Shown one piece after another: positions 36,096-50,400 of a stretch of DNA of 64,000 bases; positions within the stretch are counted from its first letter, which is position 1; every line of letters begins with the position of its first letter. This stretch comes from Parasitella parasitica NRRL 2501 (taxonomy: Eukaryota > Fungi > Mucoromycota): the NCBI GenBank assembly GCA_025201805.1, contig MU619283.1:116306-180305 (forward strand), read 5' to 3'. Both the position numbers and the translations under genes were made by a program. The notes under the pieces were generated by a model. That model saw nothing but the letters and a program-made list of their open reading frames with translations, had not been told where the DNA came from and searched no databases.

Positions 36096-39000
36096 CTATT
36101 GAGCACGGTCAGGATCTGCCATTCTATGGACAGTGATAAATGGCCCTGGTTCCATGTTGCTTGCATCTATCAAGCAGGGTTAATATAATCTATTCAAGCA
36201 TGTAGGCAGTTTTTTTTATTTTTATTTTACCTTGAGGAGTGATTAGAATATATTGTGAAGTGTTATCACTGGCAGCATTCATCTATTGCATCATGTCAGT
36301 ATTGCATAAAAAAAAAAAGCAACAAAAAATCGACGCTTACAATCATGCCCATTGTTTGTTTACGATTCACTGCGTCCATGAATACATCAAATTCATCCAA
36401 ACTATGATACAAGGAGGGTTAGATACACTGTTGATTCATATCATTTGATATAGCACATATAAATATATATATATATATATACCAAATAAGAGGCGAGGAA
36501 ATGCTCTGCCACAACGACAACAACAAACTAATTTGAGAAAATGACTTTTCGCCACCGGATAGCGAGCGAGAGTCTTTTTGACGAGACCCTTTACTGTACT
36601 GATCACCAGTAGATACACGGATTTCAAGCTTCTTTGCAGAATGGTTGAAACGTAGAGAACCTTCGTCACCACGCAAATGAAGATAGTACCCGAAATAGCT
36701 CTTGGCTGCCAGTGAAATATAAGCTCTAAAGGCTTCCCATTTCTCAATACGAGCAGTGAGCATCTTGCCCATAGATTTTTGGATTTTCAGCAATCCACTG
36801 ATGACTTTCTTGGCTTCCTCGTATTCTTTCAATGCTGTATATGTCTGTTCCTGAGCCTCGGTAAGGGACATGCCGGCTCTATTGGCGGATTCTTGTGCGA
36901 CACCCTCATAGTGTCTGATATCTCGTTCAATCACCTCGGGCTTTCTGTTTGTCTCGTAGCGATCAGGGTAATCTTCCGCACTTTGCTCAAGCCAGCTTTT
37001 GAGCATATTGTTACTCTCGTTGTAGATGCCTCGACTTCTTTCATGGCGCACCTTCATCGTTTGTGCTTGGACATTAAGGTTGCTCAATTTTTCTAGGTAT
37101 CTAGTCTTGGTTTGCTCAATCTTTTCTATTTTGAACTTGTAGGTGTCGGACATGCTGAGTCGCTCAGTCTCTCTGCTCTGCAACGCCTCGATTTTTCTAG
37201 TGATCTCTGTCAAAGTTTTGTTGACTTCAATCATTTGAGCATTGATGACGTTGAACTGACTGATGTAACGTTTGGTTTTCTCGTCGCATTCGGCAATATC
37301 GTCATGGAAGATGTTCAAATCAACAGGATCCTCCTCCTTGAGTGTTTCCTTCTTCTGAGCAATACTGCTCTCCAAGACTGCAATTTCTCTCTTGATAGCA
37401 TGTTCACCACGCTGACACTCTCTCCTTTGGTTCTCGAGTTCCCTGACCTTTTGGCATACAATCTTCCACTCGTCGTTTTTCTCGCCAAGTTGCACATTGG
37501 TTTCGTTGATAATGTTTCGCTCATAAGAGATGGCACCCTCCACGTCTTTTTGGAAGCGGGGAATGCCGCGGAACTTGTCAACTGACTCAGTTTTCATGCC
37601 TGATTTACCACCTACTTTGTAGCCCTGATCTGTAAAGCACAAATCAATGTTTTTGGGCTTTCTAAACATGATCTCATCTGCGCGTTCACGGTTCTTCATT
37701 AGCAACATCTTTTCAACCTTGTTCATGGTAATCAGCTGACGCTTGACCCATTCATCGCTAAATTTCAAGGCACGCAGAGCGGTAATGTAGTGCGGATCAG
37801 GTTCACCGGAAGAGTAGTCAAAGATGTCGAAATCAGATACAAAAACAGAGATATAATGCATTTGGTAGTGACGAAGGATCTTTACAAGCAAATCTCTATC
37901 TTTAAAAGTCTCGACTACAAAACCGTTCATGCTCTTGTTTAGCACTGACTCCAACACGTTGGCAAATTCAGGCTGAAGCAACTCAAGAGTAGATCCAAAG
38001 GGGCCAATAGGCCTTCGCTTTTCCCAGCGCGTTTCCTCACGGATCGCTTTCAAGACTTGAGGCATGCGAGCGCCATAGGCTCTCATTTTATCACCACGTT
38101 GATTCTCCAGCTCACGGATGTTTTTTTGAGCTTGTTCTTTGCGACGGTTGAGTTCAGCTATGTGGAACTCAAACGATCTCTTGCTCTCCTCACATTTCCC
38201 AATCTCGACTTGCAGCTCACTTTCTTCGCGAGCATAGTTTTTTGCTTTGGTAATTCTTTCAGCCATCTTTTCCTTGCATTTCTCGATTTCTTGCAGAATT
38301 TCGTTGCGCTTGAGACGGCTGGAAGCTTCGAGTTTGTCCGTTTCAATCTTCAGCTGCTTGGTATGTTCTAATCTTGATTCCTTTATAAGCTTGATTTTCC
38401 TGTTGATCTCGTTAAGGTCGCCCTATAATTATGACACGAAATATAGTAACACCCAATTAGTCAGAAAAAGAGACGGTGACAACAACCTACCACGCCTTAC
38501 TTTATAGGAGCTTTTCTGCAAGGTCTTTTCGGCCCTGTCTTGAATCAATTGAGCCTTTTCCTCTTGGTCAGGATTAGGCAAGGCCCTGAAAGCTTCCCAT
38601 TCTTCGTTGGCAGACAGGATCTGTTGGTCTACTTCGTGGACCTTTGACTTCCAAACATCCTGGGCTTCTCGAATGTTATCCAGTTCCTTTTGGAGAGCTT
38701 GCGTTTGTGCGAGATTGCGCGCTACTTCCTTTTCCTTGATGATAATTTGAGACCAGACTAGTTCATTGCTCAACTCATCAATTTTGCTTTCGACCTCTTT
38801 TGCAGCTTGCATGTCTTCGTACTTTCTCTGCGCCTCGGCAGCTTTGCTTTGCAAGATTTGCAGACCCTCCTTTTTTCTATCGAGATTTTGCTTGTTACTT
38901 TCTAGACCTTCGCGAATCGCTTCGTAGTCATTTTGCAGCTGAGTCAGTTGAGTGCCGTGCATAAAAAGCTTGTATTTGTCCTCAGAGGTGCTATCGCTCA

Positions 39001-39968
39001 AAAACTTTCTAGCCATGTCTTGCGTCAGCATGGTGAGAGGGTTGTTGACCAAGAGGTTCAAATGGTCGAGAATCGCAAGCAGGTCCTCCTTCTTTTGTGA
39101 AATGATGCGTCCTGCTTTGTTCTTCAATTTGTATGGAGAGCCACCTTCCTTGTTGATTCTGCGTTCAACAACGATGCGTTCGGGGTAGAGATCAGGCCTG
39201 TAAGCGTTGGGGCCGTTGTTGGTGAGATGAATGGTTACGATGGCAGCACTGGATTGACAGACAAAAATATTAGAAATCGAATCTGCCTGCACGGCAATTC
39301 ACGCCTAACCTTGTTCCTTCTTTGATAAAGGAGCTCATTGACTTGCCACGGTTGGTCGCACTTGCGTTTGCGCCTAGTGCGACGGTAATTGCAGTCAAGA
39401 TTGCACTCTTACCGCTGCCGTTATGACCGATAACAAAGTTGATTTTAGGGCCAAGATCAATCTGTAGAAACTTGTGGCACATGAAATTGACGACTTCAAC
39501 ACGAGAGATGGTTCCAGCTTCATTGATTGCCTAATAATTTCGACGTTGGGACTATGTAGAGGGAAGCAGAGCAGGGAGGGAGGGAGGAAGGGGAAGGGTC
39601 TTACCATGTTATTATAGTCAATCTTGTCAAAGTTGAGGGTGCGTCTTGGGCGGCTCTGGATGATTGCCGTCTGATTTCCGTTTTCCTCTTCTTCATCCTC
39701 GTTGTCATTGTCGTCGTCAGACACTTCATCTTCCTGGTCGTCTGCTCCAGTGGTGATGTCATGGTCTGCTTCATCAGGGTCAACCATCTCAGAATCTTCC
39801 TCAGAGTCCTCTCCTTGAAAGCTGGTTGTTTTCTTGGCTCTTTTGTTGCTGCGAGAGGACTTTTTTGTGCGCTTCATTAGAGAACGGCAGAACCTATGTC
39901 TCTGTCAAACATACCTCAGGCTCCGGGCTATCACGTGCGCTGTTAGTTCTCTTGATAGTCGAAGGCAT
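36096..39968 (-). CDS. SMC6: Structural maintenance of chromosomes protein 6
   Basis: NFMCH; Walker A GHNGSGKSAIL; ATNRG; LTQDMARKFL; hinge PIGPFG; signature LSGGEKSFSQI; Walker B LDEFDVFMDAVNR in a spliced exon. Confidence 0.95.
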
Positions 39969-40355
39969 CGTATGCTCTTTACGAAAATGAATCAGACAAA
40001 AAGGGAAGGGAAAGGAAGGGAAGGGGTGAAACTTGTCCTCATTTTTTTTTTGCGTGTGTGTTTTTTTTTCTTTTTTTTTTGCAAGCGCGATGAGGCACGT
40101 CTAACTAAATGGCTTATGGAACAACCCGGTTTTTGTACGGTAGCACACTGTATATAAAATCACGATGGTGGTATATGTATGTATTTATTTCATACCAAAC
40201 ATTTAATATTATTTAATAATAAATTTGTTACTATAAAAGAGATTGGGAGAGAGAGATTTAAAAAAAAAAAAGAGGCGGTGATTGATGAGGCAGTACACAT
40301 GTAACAGTTGAAAACTTGGGGATTGTATAATAGTAATTAAGAATGTTTAAAAGAA

Positions 40356-41029
40356 TTAGAAGAATTGAGAGCCGACAGCAGCAACCAAACCAAAGGCAAC
40401 CATGGCTTGGCCGACGATTTCCTTGTTGGCTGCTGAGGCGTGAGAAGCGCTGGCTTGGTGATTTGTGGTTGAGCCGCTAGCACCAGTTGTGGCGGGAGCT
40501 GCGGGTGTGGCAGCAGCGTTGTTGGCAGGAGGATTGGCAGGAGGCTGAGAAGCAGTGGTACCAGTGGAGGCAGTAGCGTTGCCGGAAGCAGGGAGGGTTC
40601 CACCAACACCACCTTCAATGGTGAAAGGACCAGCAAAGGCAAGATCGGGAGAGTTTCCGAGCTCAAAGGCATCTATACATCCAGGCAATTTATCAGTATA
40701 CTGTTGATTGATCTCTAATGATAAATTAACTTACATTCACTGCCACTTTCAATCTCGAAGGGGATCTTCCAGACGTACTTTCCATCGGCAGCATTGACGT
40801 TGGTAGCAATGGTCATCAAGGGCTGAAGAGCAGTAGAGGGACCCTTGGCCAAGACAATTTGAGGAATAGTGGCAACACTGGGGTTGATCCAAGAAATGAT
40901 GGCTTCTCCACCAGCCTTATACTTTGTGTTGGTCAAAGGAGAAGTAATAGAGACAATTGGGCCTGCTGCAGAGACGAGAGAGGCAAGGTAAGCAGCAGAG
41001 ATGAAAAGGGTGGCTCCGGTGAATTTCAT
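40356..41029 (-). CDS. GPI-anchored Ser/Thr/Ala-rich cell-surface protein with Kre9/KNH-like N-terminal Ig-like domain (2 exons)
   Basis: Signal peptide; ITSP...AG...ISW; GKYVWKIP; FAGPFTI; low-complexity stalk; hydrophobic C-terminal GPI signal. Confidence 0.85.
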
Positions 41030-41964
41030 TTCAAGTGTGTGATATTAGTTTGGAAGAAAAAGTAGGTGGAAATTAAGCTGCTACAGTGAGATTACTTTGT
41101 GGAAAGAAAGAAGATCATGTCGAAATCCGTCGTATTTATATCGATTGCATTTTTTTTTTTTATTTATTTATTTATTTATTTTAAGGAGACGAACAACATA
41201 AGGGGATCTCGAGAAAGGAAGATGATAGAAAGGGAGAAGCCAACAGACTAGGAGTGTCTAAAGGGAGGATGTAAAATGGCATTTAGACTTAAAATCGATA
41301 TAGGGGGGCTTACTTTATTATTTGGGCTGCTGGAGTTATTTTGTTTCTCAACCTAACCCAGAAATTATAGTAGTCTAAAATCGTAACAAACATTACCAGA
41401 TGATGAGTTTTGGCTCAATTTATCATGCCTGTAGAGATAAAGCAAAGTCATTACATATTTACAGGCCAAATACGTCTCCTCACAAGCATCTCCTATTGTT
41501 TCTACAGAGTCATACACTTCCCCTGCTATTCATACAATCAAGACACACTCCGCTAAACTGACACATCCTGATCCTCCCTTCTATCAAATCTCTTGGAAAA
41601 AAATACCCCCTCCCTACAAGCAGACATAAAGAAATAGAACAGAGATGCCCAATCTTTTTTATAAATGTGCATGTCTTGAGATACATGGGCCATGATCTCG
41701 ACCAAAAATCCATTATTATCTTACAAGGATCCGTGCACTTGAGGATGTTGTAACGGCAAACAGCCAGAAACAAAAGAAAAATGAGGGACAATTTAATTAT
41801 TCACAAGAATTTCGATATAATAATCTTTTGTGTTTATTGAAATTTGCTGTCAATAACGTTACTGCAAAGCAGATCTATTTTACTACTGTATGCTCTTTAT
41901 TTTCTGTATGACTCTACACATTCTTTGAGGAATCCAATCCCTCTTTTTTTTTTTTTTTTTTTTT

Positions 41965-42354
41965 NNNNNNNNNNNNNNNNNNNNNNNNNNNNNNNNNNNN
42001 NNNNNNNNNNNNNNNNNNNNNNNNNNNNNNNNNNNNNNNNNNNNNNNNNNNNNNNNNNNNNNNNNNNNNNNNNNNNNNNNNNNNNNNNNNNNNNNNNNNN
42101 NNNNNNNNNNNNNNNNNNNNNNNNNNNNNNNNNNNNNNNNNNNNNNNNNNNNNNNNNNNNNNNNNNNNNNNNNNNNNNNNNNNNNNNNNNNNNNNNNNNN
42201 NNNNNNNNNNNNNNNNNNNNNNNNNNNNNNNNNNNNNNNNNNNNNNNNNNNNNNNNNNNNNNNNNNNNNNNNNNNNNNNNNNNNNNNNNNNNNNNNNNNN
42301 NNNNNNNNNNNNNNNNNNNNNNNNNNNNNNNNNNNNNNNNNNNNNNNNNNNNNN
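41965..42354. other. Assembly gap (N run)
   Basis: N run flanked by homopolymers. Confidence 0.99.
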
Positions 42355-44719
42355 AAAAAAAAAAATGAAAAAAAAAATGAACAATCAAAACATGAATGTA
42401 TTTTGTTTATTAAATATTCCAATGATGATGATGTTGGATTCATCAGTTATTTATCATTTCTCAACATGTACCATACAAATACAGATCATCACTTTGTTGA
42501 TATTACTCTGCTGCACATCTGGTCGGTAGTATGCATAAACCACCACGAGGAGCCCTGCCATTTGTCTGCATACAATACAGTAATATAATTCACAGAAATA
42601 GAGAGTTTGTGTGTATGTGTGTGTGTGTGTGTGGAAGAGAGGAGACTTGTAATTTCGTTACTCTGCCATTCTGTAGATTTTGCAAGTAATCATCGCTCAA
42701 AATACATGCTTCCAGTATCTATTTTTGTACTTTGATCACGCCCAATATCGTCTCATTAAAACCATCGCTTAGGATGGACGTACTCTACTTGCTTTTCCCT
42801 CTCTTTCCAGAAAATCTCATAAGCATACGGCCACAATGAGATATTAAACCACGTTTACAAGGTGTCTATTCAGTGAAATAGCGTCAAAGTCGCAAAAGCC
42901 AGGCCACGCTTAACATTGGCCTGGAAGCTGATGCCGATTTTTACGTGAAACTCGGATACAAACCCACTTTACAAACTTTTTGACAAGTGGATCCAGATTT
43001 CAAACAGAACTTTTTTTTTTTCTTGTGCACTTTGAACGCATGTGGGCAAGATAAATCTCGGTACCTTGATTTTTTTCCAGTCCTTGAATGGAATCAGATG
43101 AGTTCTATTCGGTCACATCTCTGTCCACTTTCTACCTCCCTGCTAGCCCCTTTATTCTCTTTGTAAGCTCTGAGGTATATTATGTTCTAATTACGATTGT
43201 CTCTGGTTCCACATCAATGCACCCCCTCCCTCCTTTTTTTTTTTTTTATAATAATTCGAAAAGAACGTATTTGTTACATCACATGGTTAATGCATGGCAA
43301 CTGTGAATGTAACTGTTGTTGGTGATGAGCTGAGCCATTGAGGCTTTAAGCACCTATGGACCTGATCAAACCAGTTTCCTGCGTCAAGAAACAAACTCTT
43401 CTTTTTCTTGTCATCAACTAATGTCATGAAAAACTGAATTTAGCAGTTGCGATTAGGGTTTAAAAAAAAAAGCGGTTTTAATTCAAACCTTAACTAAATT
43501 CTGATCGCATGAACATTGTTTTTCGATTATTTATGGACATGAAGTGACAAAAGCGGATTTTCCGACCCCATGCTGTTCTCTATATCGAGAAAGTACCTAT
43601 ATACCTGATATACCTCACATTACATTTGATCCATTGCTTGTGCTTATACAGTAGTGAAAATATTGGGAAAGCTGATGTGGCAACAAAGGCTCTGGACCCT
43701 GTTTGCCAATGCATATTCCATTATAGACCGAGAAACTCATCAGTCTTTTTGCGATCTTTTTTTTTTTTGGGACAAGAATTTTAAGATCTCGGAAATGAAA
43801 TTAAGGCAGAAATCCAGAAAGACGTATACAGTCAGTTATTCAATTTAGCGTATCCTTCTAAATTACGCATCCATCAATACATTGGGGGTCTTTTTTTTTT
43901 TTTTTTTTAATGGCTGGATGACCAGCTACCACAAGTGTCAAAAACGTAGAATATCCATTGAGCCCGTAGCACTACTAGGTTATCAAGGTTTCTGGAGAAA
44001 TGTTCTACGAGTGCCTCTGCTGTATCCCACTCCACCACAAGAAGGGAAAGTCGCATCAATTGACTTCATGGCACAGATTCTGTGAGTCGTTTTTTTATGG
44101 CTTTCTCTTCCGCAGGATACACACGCAATGACTATTTAAGACTGCAACCAAAAAGAATGTTATTCTACTGATTAAACTTTCAGCCAAACTCATTCAAGCT
44201 GTGATTTCTTTTGCTTTTCGAGCATCACAACACAGCACGAGTTTACAAACATCTCCTAGTTTGAAAAAGCTCTATCCCAAAAAAAAAAAAACTCGTAAAT
44301 TTGTTAAAAAGATAGAATGTTTAACGAGACATTATTAGTGTTCTTCTTATTCTACCTGAATTATTGGCATGCATCGCCAAACCACCTCCTAAATGTGGTG
44401 GTAGTTTCTAAAGAGAAGTTTAGCCGCCCAAACACCAAAACAGTGTAATAAGCATATTAAATAGGGGATATATATTACCAGATGTGTATTGCTGATTAAA
44501 CAATTCTATTAAATTCCTATTTTCATTGTACAAGGCTCAAGGTTTTGTCGTTGAGGTTTTGAAGTATGTGCTTTGTTTGCATTTATCAAATTTATGCGCA
44601 TGATATCTGAAAAGTCTGTTTCTTATTTTATTTTTTAGTTTGTATGTTTTGTATCTAGCACGTATTGTCATAAATAGTTGCAACTATGCGATAAAGGTGG
44701 GGGTTCACGATTTTACTAA

Positions 44720-46209
44720 TCACCAGTACTTGTACCAGCAAAAGAATATGCCGATAGCAACGAAAATGCGCATGCCATATTCCAAATTATCATATTTCCA
44801 ACGAGTGGGCCTACCACCCGTGGTCAACTCCTCCAAGATATCCTCCAACTGGTCTGCAAATGCGTCTAATGAAAACTTGTTTTTGACATGCTGACGGCCT
44901 GCCTTGCCCATTTCAGTAGCGTCGAAAGTGTGGTTGATAAAATCGCAAAGACCCCTGGCCCAAAGACCTGGCTCTGGAGCTAGAATCAGTCCAGTTTCCT
45001 TGTCTTTGACACTTTCAAGAGGACCCCCACTGTTGGCAGCAATGACGGGCAGAGAGGCGTACATGCCTTCTACAGGCGTGATGCCGAAATGCTCGTTCGA
45101 TGGTGTATACAGCAAAAGCATGGATTGGTCTAGTAAATAGGTTCGTTGAGCATCGTTGAACGAACACAGGAAAATAACTTGAGCGCTGCTAGGCGGCTTC
45201 TCAGTAGACGATGGGAAAATCGTAAATGTTTCTAGCCCAAATGTTTCGGTTGCTAGGGTGTCTAATTCGCCTAGATATTCTACGTTTTCGACCACACGCT
45301 TATCGTATCCACCAGCAATCACAAGACGGTAGCCAGAAAAGTCTTTTTGGGATATCATGCCATCTTTGCATAAAAGCGCGAATGCTTTCAATGCTAATTC
45401 CACATTCTTTTTCTTTTCAAAACGGTTGATGGAGACAAACGTCTTTTTATGTCTGCAAGTGGAGGAGGAGGGGGGGGGGAGGGTTAGTAATGCAGCAAAA
45501 TGGCTCTGGCAGTAGACTACTTTACGACTCGATGATCTGGACCCTCGGATCTGCTAAATCTACTTGTTTGTCATATGCAGCAAAGTTGATGGGCGGATAA
45601 AGGACACGAGGCTTCTTCAAAATGCCAGGAAACGACCTTCTAAACATACCGCCTGTAAACTGGCTGTTCACTGCAATTGTGTCTGCCATGCCAGTCGACC
45701 ATTCTTCCAACTTGTCGATAGGCAGTCGGTATAGTTCCTTGAGTGTAGAGTTGCGTTTTGTCAGTAGCTTGTCCGGGAAATGGCAGTAGAATAGTATCTA
45801 GAGCAACACTGTTAGTACGCACCATCCTTACCTCCTTTTATTGCCATATTATAGCTTACTCGAGAGCCCGAGAACCATTTAAGAATAGGCACACATGCGC
45901 TCAGTTGATCAATGACAATGATATCATAGGTGTCTCGCTCATTCTTCAGGATCCACAGTACGAGCACTAGCTGACGAAGGATGGCGAAAACAATATAAAA
46001 TCTGCCAAATAAATCTCTCGGTAATGAGTCGCCACGAACACGAACTTCAAGTGTGCCGTCTCTAGTTTCCTCAAAACAATGGTTTACGTCGTGATGGCTT
46101 GTATACATGGTGACTTTATGGCCTTTGCACTGAATGCCCACAGCGGCATCCACTACGAGTCTCTCTGCTCCACCTGCCTCGCCTCGCTTAATAACAATGC
46201 CCAGTGTCT

Positions 46210-46241
<32 letters not shown>

Positions 46242-46334
46242 NNNNNNNNNNNNNNNNNNNNNNNNNNNNNNNNNNNNNNNNNNNNNNTCTGGATGAATAA
46301 ACGCAATATCTAATTTTGCGTTTTCCAGAGACAT
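44720..46334 (-). CDS. ALG2: Alpha-1,3/1,6-mannosyltransferase ALG2 (first intron partly in a gap)
   Basis: IAFIHP[D]; GGAERLVVDAA; HCFEETRDG; FYCHFPDKLL; SINRFEKKKN; LLYTPSNEHFGITPVEGM; C-terminal TM. Confidence 0.93.
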
Positions 46335-46485
46335 TTTTTTTTTTTTGTTGAACGAGAAGGTGGGATGTTTTTGATTGTACGGCACTTCCACCGGGTATTG
46401 AAGCTTTTGGCCTTCTTCCGTGACAGCTTTTACATGGCAAAAATGTTATAAGAGAGAGGATCTTGAACATTTGGGAGAACCTCTC

Positions 46486-46538
46486 CCCCCAACCCAACCT
46501 AACCCAACCCAACCCAACCCATAAAAACGCGTTTTTAT
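46486..46538. promoter_or_regulatory. (AACCC)n pentamer run followed by a perfect 18-bp palindrome ATAAAAACGCGTTTTTAT containing an MCB-like ACGCGT
   Basis: Seen directly, ~190 bp upstream of the ALG2 start; function inferred. Confidence 0.4.
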
Positions 46539-46672
46539 CATTTATCACATTATATATAAACAGACACAATGAGTTTGCTTCAGCCTTATGTGAATCGTAA
46601 AGTATTATCGACAAGCGTTGCAGAAACCCAATTAACTTTTTGTTTATTGCTTCACAGTTGACGTTTTGGTCA

Positions 46673-46971
46673 TCACCACAGACGGTCGAGTTTTAGTGGT
46701 AGGTTGATGAGGTATGCGCAATTTCCCCAGCTGACGTGGCATGGATAGGGTAAATTGAGAGGCACAGATCAAGCGTCAAACATCATCTTGGAGAAATGCC
46801 ATGAACGCGTGTTCTCGAGCGAGGGAACTGAAGTGATTTCACTGGGATTGTTCTTATTACGGGGAGATAATTTGTAAGTTTGGCATGTCTGAATCTCACG
46901 TTGGTTCTAAAATAAGAGGGAGGACTTAGGGTAACGATTGGAGAGTTGGATCCTGAAAAAGACGCAGCCAT
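46673..46971 (-). CDS. Candidate small spliced protein (~66 aa, 3 exons)
   Basis: GT-AG introns of 47 nt (46853-46899) and 51 nt (46731-46781) keep an open frame: MAASFSGSNSPIVTLSPPSYFRTN|NNPSEITSVPSLENTRSWHFSKMI|WGNCAYLINLPLKLDRLW*. Confidence 0.35.
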
Positions 46972-47198
46972 GGATATGTCAGAGATCAAAGTAGATCCGC
47001 TATCAGAGTTGAAATTATAAACGAGCTATTCCATACCATTCAGCTACACACACACACACACAAAAAAAAAAAAAAATACAACATTTCAAGATTCAATCCA
47101 ACACTCACACACACACACACCCACACACCCACACACTTCACACAAGCACAGACTTCAATTGTATTATACTTTCTTTTTATAAATAAAAAATAATTCTT

Positions 47199-47371
47199 CT
47201 AAATGGCAATTTGTGACAATAATTTTGAAAGATCAACATGGCGATATCCTGAGCGCTCAAGATATGTTTCGACGATAGATTGCGTCGATATTAGCGTCTG
47301 GTAATGTTTGTGGATCAGCGATTCCGCTTGAACTAGAAAGAGTAGAATCGTATGTTGGGTCAATCATATGC

Positions 47372-47403
<32 letters not shown>

Positions 47404-50400
47404 AGTACACACAAGTGTCCATTATAAATCACACTTACTCGAGTCATTTGTTATATTGTTTCTGGCTTTCGAGGGATCAAATAGAGACGACAGGTACAAG
47501 AGTTGGGTATACATTTGCTTGTCCGTGTACTCTCTTTTCATGCTTCCACGACATCCAGGCATAATACAGCGGCGACCAAACACTGACAGCGTCCTTGTGC
47601 GATTAGCACAAGTAATGTCATCACAGACATACCAGTTGTCATAATAGCGCTGTATGTATTTTCTAACGGCAGCAGACAATTGAACCTTGACACTAGCGTT
47701 TGTGATCATCAAATGGCACTTTGAGCAATCAAGCCCGCACTCTACTTTTCCGTCTTCCAGTGTACGCACAACACCTTCAAACACGATGTCTTGTCCGCAG
47801 TAATTGCATTTCAGTTGGAGTTTGTCAGAGTATCTGAATCTCTCCTCGTCGCTGATTTGAGAGTCCAAAGTTGCAAATTCAGAATCATCTTCATTGCTGG
47901 CATTGCTATGGGCGATAAAGTGAAAGCGCTTGGTGTCTAAACCGAGGCAACTTGCTAAACGAGCGGGGTCGGTACCATCAATAGGCGAGCAAAGACGAGT
48001 GAGGGGAGGATGAACTTGCTGGTGAAGATACCACTCGATATCCAGTTGCATGTTGTCTTTAGTCACGGTATCGGGATGATAAGCTCTGAGCGCAGATCCC
48101 TTCTTATCACCGCTAGTTTCCTGGTCCACTTTGCAGATCACGTAGGGGACAGTATCGCCGTTCTTAACATTATGGCCGGCACTCAGCATGCGTAAAGCCA
48201 CCTGGACGTGTGGTTGGCTTTTGGCATCAGCATAATCCTGTGGTCGTTTGGTCAATTGCTTGTTGATGACATATTTCTCCAAGGGGATATCGCCCTGTCG
48301 GATTTGCTCTGCGACTATTTCCAGGTAGGCATGAATCTCTGTCACTACGTCTTCACGCTCTCTATCAGACAGGATCAAATCGAGGACGTGTGTAGACACA
48401 TCATGCGATAGATCACACCAATCACGACGGACAAGATCGAGACCTTTAGTCTCTACTGTTTCCACCAACTCACCGTTCGGCTTTTCTTCAACGAGGAGAG
48501 CAGCGTACTTTTTCTTCTTCAAGAGCAGCATGTGTTTGAAATAGCCATCAATCCCAATCTCCAAGAGTTTGTAGTGGTTATTTACGCTTCGTCGCAAAAG
48601 ATGGCCCATCTTCTTGACCTCCTCGAGATCGTTTTGATTTGTATAAACCATAATTGAATCAGTGTCACCATAAATGACGTTCATGTCCAAGGTGCCGGCA
48701 AGATTAACCGTGCTTTGAAGAATTTCACGGCCCTTGTGGGTAATCAGCATGGCTAATGGCTTGGCATAGAAACGAGAATAGGTGAAACCAAGACAACCGT
48801 ACATACTGTTGGCAGTCAGCTTTAATGCCTTTTGTCTGATATCCAGCTGCATGTATGTGGCGTCAGAGACATTATCCCTCATCAGATTCTTGACCTGCTT
48901 ACGACGATCAACCAAGGTTTTAATCAATCGAGGCAAGATGCCTTGAGGTAACGTGTCGTCAGGAATTTCAGGTACCTTTTCCTCGCCATCATCCTCTCTT
49001 CCCTCTGTAAATGTTCTGCGGTCAACGGTAGTGAAACACACGTTGTATTCCTGGATGATGGAAGGATACAAACTGTTGAAATCGAGTAACAAAACGTATT
49101 TATCATAGAACCCCTTCTTGGGCTCCAAGACCAAACCACCCGAATAGGCAGGCTTTCTTTTGCCACCCACCTTCTTTTTAGACGCTGAAGCCATCGCGAC
49201 AGCTTCTTCATCTCCGTCTTGCTCGGCTGCTTGTACAACGGCAGCTTTTGGCCCACCAAATGACTTTTCAGGGCAAATGTACTTGGCCTTGTGGAATTCA
49301 TGAAGCAACAGGAATTCGTTGCGTTCAGCTCTTGCACCTGTCATTGTTCTTGACCATAAATTGCCTGCTAAATTAGTCAGTTGGTGTGTCAGCGGCAAGA
49401 TTTGAAGCTTGATCATGAGGGCCGAGGCAAGAAAGGCGTCAAATGCACAATGTTTCAACAGATGGAGCAGTGTATCCGAGCTGTCGAAAAACTGTGCTGT
49501 TTTGCCGAATTCAATGTCTTGACGATGAATTTTGAGTTGCGATTGAGCCAAATCTGTCATTCGGTAGGATTTGCTCCTGATCAAATCCTTTGACGCCAAG
49601 TAAGTGTCGCAGACAAGACGGCCGCTCATGACAAGTCTTTCCTGGAATGTGGATTCACCAGCACCGCCTGCGCCGGCTTGAAGCTTTGGCCAGTTTCTAC
49701 GCTTGAGTCTACCTAATTTATGCCAGTGCTGAACGTTCAAAGCTTTCATGCGATGAAGCAAGACATCTAAATCGAAACCAGCGAAATTGTGTCCAACAAT
49801 GATATCAGGATCATACATGAAGATTTTAGCTGCAAAATAGAGTCAGTAATAAAACCTTGTGGAGATTGATTTTTTTTTTTTTTTTTTACCAAGCAAGAAA
49901 TTCAGTAACGATGCTTCTGTTCTCTCTACTTGAATAGCTAGCCCACCAGACTTTTTCTTTTCGTTCATTGCAACTTCTGTAAAGTTGGCTGGATAGGGCT
50001 TCCCGTTCAATTGACGAACAACAGAGAATCTCGCTTTATCCATTTTTTCAATAGGTGTTGTATCATCGATTTGCACCTTATCGCAAACAAGCGCACCAGC
50101 AGCAACAATTTCATTTACATTCTTCTTTTCGTTCATGATGGTTCTGAGACAAAGAGACATTACGACAAGCGGGGGTACATTGTTAGGTCGATTTCCATCA
50201 GCGTCTGTCAATGGGTTTACTGTTTTGGGATCGTCTACTGATATTTCGGTTTTGCACCATGTTTCCTAATGTAAAAAGATTTGTCAGATCGATAAAGTCC
50301 ATTCACACCAAAATCCCCTCACTATTTACACTCGTGCCACTCATCTTGGCGTCAGCAATATCTAACCAGCAAGGCCCCATTATATCACGTTTGATTAAGA

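Noticed and set aside
43322-43365. Box C GTGATGA with TGAGCCATT (18S-like antisense) and CTGA
   Set aside because: Only a 9-nt match and too short for a C/D snoRNA.
46486-46520. Interstitial telomere
   Set aside because: Short pentamer microsatellite; cannot be tied to this organism's telomere repeat.
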